A DNA stretch of 60,380 bases, counting the filler, from Nemertoderma westbladi (Eukaryota; Animalia; Xenacoelomorpha), in NCBI GenBank assembly GCA_032718475.1. It is 3 parts of 3 records of this genome, joined end to end, with 100 filler letters (N's around TTAATTAATTAA, not from the genome) between each part and the next. Parts side by side here need not be neighbours in the genome. Positions count along the whole stretch, not along the records: positions 47,683 to 60,380 come from JAUCBJ010000422.1; 2 more parts are not named here. One strand, written 5' to 3'. A program made the translations under genes and the position numbers. Within the stretch, counting starts at the first letter, position 1, and each line of letters begins with the position of its first letter. This document shows, piece by piece, positions 49,242 to 60,380 of this stretch. The notes under the pieces are model-generated. The model did not search any database. It was not told the origin of the DNA and was given only the letters and a program-made list of their open reading frames with translations.

Positions 49242-49385
49242 GCGAGAAGTAAATACGATGGCAGTTGCTCCGGTCACGAGATTCTTATGCCCAACGATGT
49301 GGCGGCAGCCGCTATATACGCACTAACGACGCCCCCTCACGTCGGAGTTCACGAAATACTCATACAACCAAAGGATGCCCCTTAA
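49242..49385 (+). CDS. Short-chain dehydrogenase/reductase, last exon
   Basis: Acceptor TTATATAG|; in-frame ARSKYDG...ILMPNDVAAAAIYALTTPPHVGVHEILIQPKDAP*, a typical SDR C-terminus. Confidence 0.9.
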   Translation, partial: ARSKYDGSCSGHEILMPNDVAAAAIYALTTPPHVGVHEILIQPKDAP

Positions 49386-51455
49386 CACCGCCTTGTGGCG
49401 TCACTAAGTGTACATGAACGATTTTAGAGCAGTGCAGGTGGTGGTGGACGAACTGTAATGTGTAGGACGTTGTCTATCTAATAATTAGAAATTCAGACTG
49501 GAAGAATAATTTATCGGTGTTGATGTTGTTGTCTTCAATCGCTATGTTCGTCTCCTCCTAAACTTTTAGGAGTAGCACATTGATCGATTTATAAACGCGA
49601 TCACTACTGGTTTACATCGAGGTTGCGGACTAATGGGGGATGAATATATTCTCACATTGTTTAACGTATTTACGCAACGGCATACACAAAATTGGGTGCA
49701 TTTTATGTGCATTTTGATTCTACTGTACCATATAAACTATTTCGTTATACTTAATTACTCTCGCGCCATAGCAGTAGTCGTTTAGTTAGTAATTTGTTTT
49801 ATTTATTTGTATTTAATTGCTTTGTATAAAACTTTTAATATGTTTTAAGTCAATGCGCTGCTATAATAGTTGGTTTATGTCTCAAATATGAATAATTTAC
49901 AGCTTTATATAATACAGTACAGGTCACCAGAAAAAGCAGATTTCATCCAATGTGATCACATGTGAACACATTTGTTCAAGTCATCTGATTGGCAGGTTAT
50001 GGTGAGTTATCTTCTAGATCACACAGCAGGAGACTGACTAACTTGCTGGGACCGACAAAGGCTTTGTGTGCGGTGCGCCTGTATGTCTGATATCAGGTAG
50101 ATGAGAGAGCCCCCAGGGCGTAACATTACGGACATGGGCTGTATTGGTAGAGAGAGAACTACATACAAGACCACATGGAGGTTCATAGAGTGTATGGGAG
50201 TGGATGGGTATATGGATGGAGGAGCCTAGACCATTGAATAATTAATTTAGTGCAGGGAGATGTCGCGCCATTAGTCTGACACCGAGAAGGCACACAGAAA
50301 CACCAGAAGATGCCTTAACATCACTAACTATAGGCCTGCCTACTAGAAACTATTAACCGCACACTATAAAGGTAAACAATATCCTTATCGCATTTCCAGC
50401 TGCAGTGAGTGACAGTTAGCGGCAAACTACAGAGAGTTTCCAGTGTTTCCAGTGTTTCAAAAGTATTCAATTGTATCCTTTGGCGAAAAAATTTTGGTTG
50501 TTGCCAATTCAATTATGTTCAATTGTCCCGTTCAACAACATAACATTACACTGGTACACATTTGATAAAATGTGTTCCCAATTGTACAAATATGCGTTTT
50601 CTGGTGGCCTGTACTGTACGAATAAAATAATGTAATACGAAACTTTTTCTAACGGGCCAACAATCATTAAAAATTGCGTTATTATGAATAATAAATCGAT
50701 AGGTCTTACTAATAACTGTATGTATATGCGGAGATGATTACATCCGCTGTGGCCACACCATAGACACTGCAACCATACGTCGACGCAGGAAGAATATGTC
50801 TTGTTTGCATAGTCGCTCAGCTGTCTAGTTAGAGCTATGATGTGACGCAGACACCGTTTGGAGTTAACACAACCCCCAAGGTACTCAAACGAATTTACTA
50901 ACTCTGTTGGGGTCCCTTTTTTTTTTATATCAACATACAATTCATTACAAATTACTGTAGATATTAAATTGGCACGATTAATAATTGAAATATACTGTAG
51001 TTAATAAAGTAGTCAGTGGCTAGTCGGGTACCTGCCACCAGCCACCTGGGTATGTAAGGATGTCAGCACGACATAATCGGACGCCACGGCTGAATTTCAT
51101 TGCTTTTGTTTTGGACTCGGTCCACTACTGTATGAGTTCGTTCTCTTCCGTCTGCCTGTCTGTATGTGCACGCACATTGATATTGGCTTGGAAGGGAACG
51201 TGCTCTACAACTTGTTGAGAGGTCAAGTGAATGTGCCGCTACCACCTTTCCTCCTGGCTCTAGTTTAAATTTATCCTTATCAATTAAGTGAGTTTCTCTT
51301 ATTATACACTTATTTCTATGTTACAGTATAACCTGTTCAGATACAAATTGTATTATTGTTTTGTTTAGATTCAGCCCTTCTGTAACCTGGGTCCGTGAGT
51401 TATAGTCACCGAAGTATTTGAGCTCTGAAATTATAATAAGTAAATAATATATAAT

Positions 51456-51743
51456 CAAGGTGGGGGGGGGGGGGGGGGGGGGGGGGGGGAATTGGATGCA
51501 ATTCGCAAATCCAATCTTGGCGAATTAATATCCCGCCTCAATGTTAAATTCTCAATTTAAGGAAAGGAGCAGGTTACAGTGGCACGTTATTTTAACCAAA
51601 ACAATAAACTAAACACAATATAACAGATACAGTTTTATTTTTGAGTGTAATCAGCTATTATTTGTTTCGAAATTCCCCCTGGAGAGGGATGAATTTTTAT
51701 TGCGTCCAGTCCCCCCCCCCCCCCCCCCCCCCCCTCCTATCTG
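51456..51743 (-). mobile_element. Inverted copy of the hAT-like MITE family
   Basis: Reverse complement of 12887-13145 (CCCCTGGAGAGGGATGAATTTTTATTGCGTCCAGT(C)n..CCTATCTG); TSD not recognisable. Confidence 0.85.
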
Positions 51744-51979
51744 CTCTGTTAATAGTGGAAACATGATGTTCTTCACATGGGGGTAAACTGCAAAATGAAA
51801 TATAACAGGATAACTCTGGTATACCTCACATGGGCATAGAACCAAATGGCTATGATTTACTCATACACCCAATTAATAATTTGGTGACCAGTTAATATCA
51901 CTTTACCAAATTGTATACCGCATATCACAGAGTGGGCCTCTATGTAAAAAGAAATTCGTTTGAAAATTTAAGTGATATG

Positions 51980-52180
51980 ATTTGGTGTAGAAGTGAGCTA
52001 TTTTGGTGTAGAAGTGAGCTATTTTGGTGTAGAAGTGAGCTATTTTGGTGTAGAAGTGAGCTATTTTGGTGTAGAATTGAGCTATTTTGGTGTAGAAGTG
52101 AGCTATTTTGGTGTAGAAGTGAGCTATTTTGGTGTAGAAGTGAGCTATTTTGGTGTCGAAAGTGAGCCGTTTTGGTGGAA
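51980..52180. repeat. 21-bp minisatellite x9
   Basis: TTTTGGTGTAGAAGTGAGCTA repeated. Confidence 0.95.
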
Positions 52181-53318
52181 AAGTGATTTTTTTTAACCAC
52201 CTGTAATCGATTTTGTTCAAAAAGGTATCAAATTTAGTGGGAAAATAATCTGTCGCAGTATTACTAGAATAAAACTGTTTTATTTCAAAACAAATATTTA
52301 ATTTATTTTAATCTTTCACTATAATGCCTTTATCATAACATCAATGCCTTGTAGGCCCGATAGAGTTCACCTCACAAGTTTATTTAAACTGTAATAAGAT
52401 TATTATATTTCAGTGATCTTTTTACCACTATTCTACAGTTAATTACCATAACTAACAGTACTAGTATACACATTTTACTGACATAATAAAACTGTAAGCT
52501 GTAACCTAATTTATACACCAATTTTGAAAAAATGTAAAGAAATAAGTTTGATTGTTGAAAACATTAATATTAACAAAATAATACGTTACGAAATACGAAA
52601 AATAATTATTTGTATTATATAATGATACCAAGTCAATTTTTATGATACGATACGAAATTCGATACGAATAAAATACTGCAATACGAAAATCCGCTTTCGT
52701 ATCGTATCGTATCCTGTCCCTGTTTGTTATGATATAATTTCTTAACTCCCCCAGCATGAGCCAGGATCCCATTATTGTACTGCTGGGTTTGCGTAGCACT
52801 AATGTCTAAAGTGGCTTGTTTGGGGACACAAGAATGAGAAGCCTCAATAAATGATACAAATCAGGGTCATTGGGATATAAAACACTCATTTATTTAATTT
52901 TACTGCAATGAATACCGCGGTAGTTTAATTATATATAACAGTGAAATATTAATAAAATAAAAACACCGACGAAACCAAACCAATTACATTTTATGGTTGA
53001 TTATATTTGTTTTAACAATACAATTAATCTAATTAAAGCATTATGGAATAAACCAATAACAGGCAGACAGGAGTTGATTCTGAGGTAGGTGTTAAAATGC
53101 ACCACGGGCAAGAAGGTGGAACCTTTATCTGTCTGCTGTCTCAGTGTCTGCTTTATATCAGAATAATCACTGCATCAGCATCCTGTATTTTTATTTATCA
53201 GTTTCTTGGTTTATTCAACTTCAGCCGCTGGCCAATTCACTGATTCAGTAATTTGTTGATTTGTGCAGTCCAGACTGTACCCTGGTACCGGACCGGTAAC
53301 CGGTAGGCTGTTAACAAC

Positions 53319-53975
53319 ATGTGCGGCGGATTTACTTGTACGAAGAATGCCCTTGGGGCTCTAAACGTCGTCTACATTCTGATAGCGTTTGCGATGATTG
53401 CCGCGGCCTCCTATTCCAAGGGCGTGTCCTACGTGACCAGCGTCACCGTTATAGGCGCCGTCATATTCAGCGGGGTTTTCCTATTCTTCATCGCCGTGGT
53501 CGGTCTCATCGGCGCGATGAAACACCACCAAGTCCTTCTCTTCTTCTACATGCTCGTCCTTCTTATCCTCTTTGTGATCCAGTTTGCCGTCTCCGTCGCG
53601 TGTCTCAGCATGTCGCGGACCAATCAGAAAAGTCTCGTAGAGACCAGTTGGACCTCATCCAGCAACCAAACCCGCAGCGAGATACAGAGGAACTTCGACT
53701 GCTGCGGTCTGTACAACTCGAGCGACGCGACCGATTCAACCTTCCCGCATCCCAGCTGCTCCGCCGCCGGTTCCTACCAACCCGCCTGCTGCAAAGGAAC
53801 TCAATGTGACTGTGAATCCTGTTTCTCTAAGATCGAAGACAACCTCCAGGTCGCTTTCAACGTGAGCGGGGCGATCGGTTTGTTCTTCAGTTTCACCGAA
53901 ATTCTCGGGGTTTGGCTGGCCTTCCGTTACCGGAATCTCAAGAATCCCCGAGCCAATCCCAGCGCCTTCCTGTGA
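53319..53975 (+). CDS. TSPAN13: Tetraspanin-13/31 family protein, single coding exon, 218 aa
   Basis: N-terminus MCGGFTC.KNAL..LN, GA.KHHQVLLFFYM, CCG motif, GLFFSFTE, C-terminus PRANPSAFL; four hydrophobic segments. Cannot distinguish TSPAN13 from TSPAN31. Confidence 0.93.
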   Translation: MCGGFTCTKNALGALNVVYILIAFAMIAAASYSKGVSYVTSVTVIGAVIFSGVFLFFIAVVGLIGAMKHHQVLLFFYMLVLLILFVIQFAVSVACLSMSRTNQKSLVETSWTSSSNQTRSEIQRNFDCCGLYNSSDATDSTFPHPSCSAAGSYQPACCKGTQCDCESCFSKIEDNLQVAFNVSGAIGLFFSFTEILGVWLAFRYRNLKNPRANPSAFL

Positions 53976-55552
53976 AGGCTCGTGTGCTAATCAACTCTAG
54001 CGTTCCCATTTTATTTGATGCTCGCTATAATTTAATAAGTTTATTTATATCGAATTACATCACTGTTATATGTTGCCAGGCTGTGTGAGGGAGGAATGTG
54101 TGGCTGTATGGTGATATGGATGGACATGGGTTGGTTTTTTTTTTTTTACATATTCCGGTTTTATTTATTATATTACCGATTTGAAATTACCATCGAAGTT
54201 CGACTGACCTGTAGTGGAAGACGGGGGAAATTTAATCTAAAATATAAATAATATCTAGGTACCTTGTTGATAAATTATAATCTGTTGATTATTTCATGGG
54301 ATCCTATTATTATTTATATATTACACATTCGCACGTTTTTTTGTTGTTCTCAGAGTCCCCATGTCAGTTTTTTTGTCTTGTTTTTGAAATATTACTGAAC
54401 TCCGTAATGTTTTGTAAGTAAGAATTATTAATTGCACCAGTGAAGTTGATAATATTTTATGTTGTAATGGTTCAGTTGAGCCGGGAAACAGGTCTGTAAA
54501 GACTTAAGTTGTTAATAAACGTTATGTTTTAACGAAGGTTAACAAGATAGTAAGTAAGTACAGACACAGACAAGACCACATCTGTGGGAGCAGAGTTTGG
54601 TACAACATATTTCCCCTGTCCAACCTCCACCGCAATATCTAGAATGGTACTTCAGTTTGGTGTTTCAAACTGGTACAAATAGTATATCAGATTAAAGTTG
54701 ACTATTTTTCAACTTATTTAAACATTTAGTTCGTCAATGTGGATATTTTTTGGATGTTTTAGAACCGCCACCTGCTGTATTTCGTTGACTCAGTGATATT
54801 GTATATGTTTTGTTACATGTTATAGTATATATTGTGTAGATATAATAATTACTTGTCTTCGAATTATTTGTTCTCCAGTAAAGACAACTGAACTGGAAAC
54901 ATTCACTATAATATTTGCAAGCTATTGTATTGTATCATTGTGATACAAATATTTTTTAAGTGGTCGATGTCTCATTTAGTTTCATAAATACATCAGCTAT
55001 ATATATTTATTATTATTATATTAACTAACTACTATTTTGTTGTTGTTGTGGAGCCCCATAAAACAGTAAACTCAGCTTAGTTCCCCTTACTTTTTACACT
55101 TTTAAGTGCATTAACGTGCCGTCATACTAGTACGTCCTTAAACGGGCTCCCGATCCCAAAAACCTGGATACCGATCCCGATCCCAAAAACCTGGATCCCG
55201 ACGAAAAATGCAATCCCGGTGGCCCGATCCCTACTTTTTTGGACCGGGATCCCGAACTATAAATTGTGAAGTAAATTTGTTGAATATTTTATAAATAGTT
55301 CCATCAGAATGGAAATTTTGATTAAATCGGCCAGTAAACCACCAGTTTAATATAACTTTATTTTACTAATAATATTTCAGAGGTGTAAAAAAGTGAGTGT
55401 TACCCAAAACCCGCCACATATACTATTAACGTTAAGGAATGTAATCCAAAATTGCAATCCCGGTCCCGAGAAACGGGATCCCGAGGGAGATAATCCCGGA
55501 AATCCCGAAAAGTCTGATCTCGTTTAAACATAGTACATACTACATAGCGTAA

Positions 55553-55612
55553 TCTTGTAACATGTGTTAGCTTTCGTTTATTGTTTTGGTTCCCCCCCAA
55601 CCCGTCTCTGTA
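55553..55612. mobile_element. Fragment of the Mutator-like foldback arm seen at 19871-20196
   Basis: TTGTAACATGTGTTAGCTTTCGTTTATTGTTTTGGTTCCCCC..CTCTGTAA matches 19924-19980; embedded among GGATCC-rich repeats (55140-55690). Confidence 0.75.
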
Positions 55613-56682
55613 ATAGGGGTGTCCCGGATCCTCCTTTTTTAGATTACAGGATCCGGATTTTCAATTTTTTGTCCGGATCCCGTATCCAATAGTGCTGTAG
55701 TATATATTGATACATACAGTACATATCTGGATGAAACTGTATAATTGTATGTTAACTACATTACTATAATGACTACCGCTAATTACTTGTAGATTTAATA
55801 AACACTTAATTATTATGAACTAGACTGAATCTTTAATTCGTAGAATTTAAATTTAAGGCCTATCCGCCTTAATGTAGATACTTATACTCATATACCCCGA
55901 AAAGGCCCATTATGTTTTTCTACAAATAAATTAATCTAAATATACAGTATAACACAAATTCAATTCAAATAAGTAACACAATTGCTCAAGTTAAATAATA
56001 ATTTAACTTGTGATATTTTTATAACCATTTTCACATTCAAAAAATCACATTAAAAGTATTGCCAGGATTTTATATTTACATTGATTTAAATACCAACAAA
56101 CAGTCATTATCAACTAGCTGGCGGTGCTAGCGAACCGCGAAAGAAGCTCTCCAGGTTCAGACGACTGTTCAACTATCCACCTCTTCGTTCAAGTTACACT
56201 CAAAGTAATTTATATACATCAATAATGTATATCACATAAATGACCTTTATTATGTTCTCTAAGTGTTGATGAACAGAAGGCGGCACATAATTATTGTCCT
56301 TTCAATACGTTTATTATATATTATTAGAAGACCGTTAGGACTTTATTTACTGTAAAAGTATTCACTATCTACTGTATCTATGTATGTATGTATGTACTGT
56401 ATGTATGTATCTATCTATATCGGGTGAACTCCTCCGAAGCTATAGCTCGTCCGTCAATGAAAGTTAGGGTGTATATCAATCGACGCAGCTCAACCCCAGG
56501 ATGTGGAATAAAGTTTCAGAAAAATTATTAAAAATATATATTTTTTTATTTCAAAAATAACCCCATAACACAAAAATTGCCATAGACTCAATGATAGAAA
56601 CACCAGTTCCCAGCTGATGGTGCTCATGATGGCCTAATTAAGCTACTTTTATTGATTGAATGGATAGGCCCAAACTGCAGGC

Positions 56683-56973
56683 CTCATTGGTTCCCCAAGC
56701 TTGACACTAGAACAAAATCGCCTCCGCTTTGCAGGACATTGCTTTCGCCGTGAGGACCAGCCAGTGCATAATCTTGTACTTTGGCAGCCTCATGGAGTGA
56801 ATAAGCATGGTGGACAGCCCATGACTTTCTTGAGACACATCTTAAAGGACACTGGTCTTGAAGATGCGGATGATCTAGCAAATGTCATGGGTGATAGGGA
56901 GTTGTGGCGGCGCAATTTTGTCGACAAGCCGGCACAGCATTCTTAAAAATGCAGCTGCAATGCAGCATGCCGA
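56683..56973 (+). mobile_element. RTE-clade-like LINE 3' fragment (copy 3)
   Basis: TLEQNRLRFAGHC...DKPAQHS* and a 3'UTR nearly identical to copies 1 and 2. Confidence 0.92.
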
Positions 56974-57899
56974 TACTGTACTGTAGGAAATAGTAGGCTT
57001 ATATTATTGTAGTATAGTAGGCCTTCACAAGTTTGTAATGTATTATTCCGCCAGCTGAGCTCTTCCGAGTGTTCCAACTAATAGTATAATATTATTGTAG
57101 CTCTAGCCAAGTCAGTTCAGTTCCAGTCGACCCCCAAAAAAACCTTGTTTCAGGTAGTACAGTAGTATTATCCGTGCGAAAAAATGTCGTTCCGAGATAA
57201 TCAATCACCTTCAAAGTTCAACCTTCCCGCGCAAAACTACCTTTAGGGGGTCTATTTGGTTAATAGTGTCAGACATGAAGGAAGTACACCACCGAGCTAA
57301 AATTCTATTTATCGGTGTCACTTTATTACGGGTCATGGTGTAGTCAAGTCAGGGAGATATAACACTATTCTTCTGAATAATTGCGGGAATTGGGAGTTGA
57401 GCTGATAAATTCAACTGTAAACTATTTTTATAAGATTTTGTGACTGAGGTGGTTAGCGCGCTATTGACGAGGTAAGGCCTAACTAATAGACCGAATAACG
57501 CTTTAAACAACTAACCATGTCTTCCTCTCATTGCTAAACTGAAAATGCAATACATTGTAGGAACGTCGTATACAGAGCAGGGAGCACTTTATTGTGATTG
57601 TCATTTCGGTCGCACGTCAAATATTTGCTAAGAATTGATTATGTAAGTTAAAGTTTATTGGATGTATTGTATTGTATGGCTGGAATGCGAATTGAAACCA
57701 GCCTTTATTTATATTTGTGGATATTAAGGTGCAACCTGGAATTTAAGATTTAACTAGGTACAGCGTAATTTAATATCAGTTTTTGTTTTTTTAAACTAAC
57801 GCGTAGATTCAGCATTATTATAACAAGATGACATTATTGATGAAAATCCCACCTCGGCGAATTAATCTCATTTAAATGTTAAATTATAAATTAGAGGGA

Positions 57900-58082
57900 G
57901 GGGGGTGTAAGTCCTCGGAAGAGGTAAGTCCTCTTTCGATAGCTGCTACCCGAGTGTTGGTGTGGGCGCAACTCCCTTCCCAATAATTGCTCCCAGTTAT
58001 TTAACTTGTACTCATTTTATCTGAACCTACAACCAATAGAATTGCAGGCCCGGCGCTCAGCCAACTGAGCTACCCGCCCGCC
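57900..58082 (-). mobile_element. tRNA-derived SINE (degenerate)
   Basis: Minus strand GGGCGGGTAGCTCAGTTGGCTGAGCG (A box) and GGTTCAGAT (B-box-like), followed by a non-tRNA body AAAATGAGTACAAG..TAACTGGG; no acceptor-stem 3' half. Confidence 0.6.
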
Positions 58083-58543
58083 TTTATAAAATAAAATATG
58101 ACAGAGGGGAATTAAAAAAAAGTGAAAAAATTAAAAATTTGTTTTTTAAAAGTTTGGTGGTATCTTGTCTGTCTGTCTGACAATCTGCATGTCTTCTTAA
58201 ATTTTGACGGACATATTGATAAAAAGCGATAACTCGAGAATTAAAAGAGAACGTATCTTTTGATTGCGTATCCCCTGTTATAAAAATGCCAAAGTACTTG
58301 GGCATACATAAATCTAATAAAACTAGGAGGGGAGTGTAGGTGGAGTTTGAGTTGTGTATATAAAATGAAATAAGCATATAAGCTCGAGGCTCGGAGTAGC
58401 CAGCAATTAAATTTGTCGATAGATGTACATGAATATCAACATTATTGTGAACTAAGTTACACGTAAATATCCTACGGTATCAGTCCGTTGACACGACACA
58501 CGAACAGGCTAATCCAAAACCCAGAAGATCCCAAACATCCGCC

Positions 58544-59005
58544 CTAAAACTTCAAAAAAGATTTCTTCGCTCCCGCCTGTTTGGTAACTTTAATCACATT
58601 AAATCGAACAGTTTTAGAGAGCGGTCGACATTCTCCCACTGTCACCGTATCACCTGGACTCGCATCCTCGAAGCAGGGCGATAGATGAACCGACATGTTC
58701 TTGTGTCGCTTCTCATACCGGTTGTACTTCCTTATGTAATGGAGGTAGTCTCTGCGGATGACGATAGTTCGATTCATCTTCATTTTAACGATCGTCCCGG
58801 ATAGGATTCGGCCTCGGATGTGGACGTTGCCGGTGAACGGGCACTTTTTGTCGATATATTGGCCTTCCTTGGCGGCTCGCGGTGTTTTGAATCCCAGGCC
58901 GATGTTCCTTACCAATCGCTGGCCGGTCCGACTTCGGCCGAGGACTTTCTTACGGTTGAGGAACACCGTAGGCTGCTTCTGGAACGCGCGCTCCGTCTGA
59001 TCCAT
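58544..59005 (-). CDS. RPS11: 40S ribosomal protein S11 (uS17), single coding exon, 153 aa
   Basis: [67 protein letters not shown]. Confidence 0.98.
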   Translation of the reverse strand: MDQTERAFQKQPTVFLNRKKVLGRSRTGQRLVRNIGLGFKTPRAAKEGQYIDKKCPFTGNVHIRGRILSGTIVKMKMNRTIVIRRDYLHYIRKYNRYEKRHKNMSVHLSPCFEDASPGDTVTVGECRPLSKTVRFNVIKVTKQAGAKKSFLKF

Positions 59006-60380
59006 TATTAAATTGAGAATTAAAAATTAAATTCTATAATAACTGACTGTTTGACTGCGACAAGCCTACTTTTGTCGGGCTGGCGTCTGTCCTGTCTGTC
59101 TCTAGCAGAAGCAGTCTAGTCTTTTCAGCTTTGACCTCTACTGTATACACTCTATGTACGTACAGCTGTACTCGTACCAGTAACATTAGAATAAAAACGC
59201 AAGCACTCATTTTCTGAACATCCAATAATGTTGCCTGTTTATGAATGCTTTCAGTGGTTTGGGGCAGCTCCGTTTGATTGGTTGTTATGTGAATGCTTGC
59301 TATTCTAGACCACATTTGTAGGTGCTGAATCAACAAGCACTCAATGTAACTTAGTAGTTTACATTTAGATATTAGCGGTCTGCCGGTGGCTCTATGTACT
59401 CTAACCAACTTACCTAAAGAGTGATTGTTTGCAGTGACTGACTGAAATAATGAAAGAATGTACAATGTACCGGTACCTGGGCCGGTAGTTAAGTTATCTC
59501 AGTTAATGCAGTAATTAAATAGAATAGATATGATTGTATTACCGCTACCGGTATTGATTATAATATTATTGGTTACACATATCGGCCGTTTTGTGCTCTT
59601 TTTACCTTTCATCTTAATTTTTTCTTAATTTTATCTTAGGCCTAATTTTATTTTTCTTAATCTTTCATCAAAATAAATATAGGCCTAGTATAGTATAGTA
59701 TAGTATAGTACGTAATAAAAATCATTACCGGTATTCATTATTATTCTACCCATTATCCTGCCACAGCAACCTGCTCCTTTTTGCTTGCGTCTATCCCCCC
59801 TCCATTACTGCATTATGTCTCTTGTCAGCTTGTGAAACGTAGGGCTTATTGACTGTGACTCCTCTGTATGTGGACGTACACATTGAGCTGTTGAGTGCTT
59901 GTTGATTTAGTGCATTTAACTGTTTAATGCTGGCTAAGATTACGTAGCAAGCACGGCACGAACCTGTACTCCTGTAGATGGTAGAGGCCTATTGCTGTAA
60001 TGTGCGACGAGAGCGAGCGATGAAATAAGCAGGTAAACGTTTAGACGTTGGACGTTTAACAGTCAAACAGTTTAATTGCATAATTCTGTAGCAATGTAGG
60101 CAGGGTACGGCTGTCAGGCTGTAGGTAGGTAGGTAGCAAGGTCTGAAGGTAGGCCCTACTGCCCTATTCAGCTATTGCATGTATTGAAAAGGTTTATTTT
60201 CTGCGCCGAACGCGGCGCCAACTCTGAACTCCAAGCAGCCAAGTGCAAATAATCATGCGCCGGCTTGGTCAGTTGATGCTGTGGCTGCGGTGAAAAGCTA
60301 CGCCAGCAATGCAAAAATCGCGCGGAGCGCGGCATCTCCATCATTGACGATGCTCAGATGCTACGCAGCTACGCTGACTG

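Noticed and set aside
58020-58082. tRNA gene
   Set aside because: Only the 5' half and a weak B box are present, with no acceptor-stem partner; better explained as a SINE head.
56370-58410. Possible Helentron-associated (HINE-like) elements around (TATG)n at ~56380 and (GTCT)n at ~58165
   Set aside because: Microsatellites are present, but termini and subterminal repeats could not be defined with confidence.
59034-59465. 143-aa minus-strand ORF upstream of RPS11 (also the 143-aa ORF at 50509-50940)
   Set aside because: No recognisable motifs; likely UTR, intron or promoter sequence.

Overview
Repeat-rich eukaryotic (invertebrate metazoan-like) genomic window made of three contigs joined by two artificial 100-nt spacers (N44-TTAATTAATTAA-N44 at 27223-27322 and 47583-47682). 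It opens with a 12-kb modular purine-rich satellite containing an 8448-bp higher-order duplication. Host genes: single-exon Cdc6 (-), TSPAN13/31 (+), RPS11 (-), a Ly6/three-finger-like GPI-type protein (-), two exons of a secreted orphan (-) and the last two exons of an SDR dehydrogenase (+). The rest is transposon debris: three RTE-type LINE copies, CR1/L2-type fragments, hAT-like and Mutator-like MITEs with clear TSDs, a tRNA-derived SINE, a disabled alpha-kinase and a Polinton/Maverick-like ORF. Most notable: (i) a stop-free Bel/Pao RT ORF fused in frame to an unrelated Cys-rich domain, lying between an 18-bp and a 35-bp tandem array, the latter bracketed by direct repeats; (ii) a 34-bp minisatellite of six RFX X-box palindromes that supplies the C-terminus and stop codon of Cdc6, which also carries a tandemly amplified CDK-site block; (iii) a 234-bp insert with a 13-bp TSD carrying a minimal hammerhead-ribozyme motif; (iv) an apparent excess of TA-flanked footprint-like motifs (TACCGGTA, TACAGTA/TACTGTA, TAGGCCTA). 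All family assignments come from motif recognition by eye; no searches were run.
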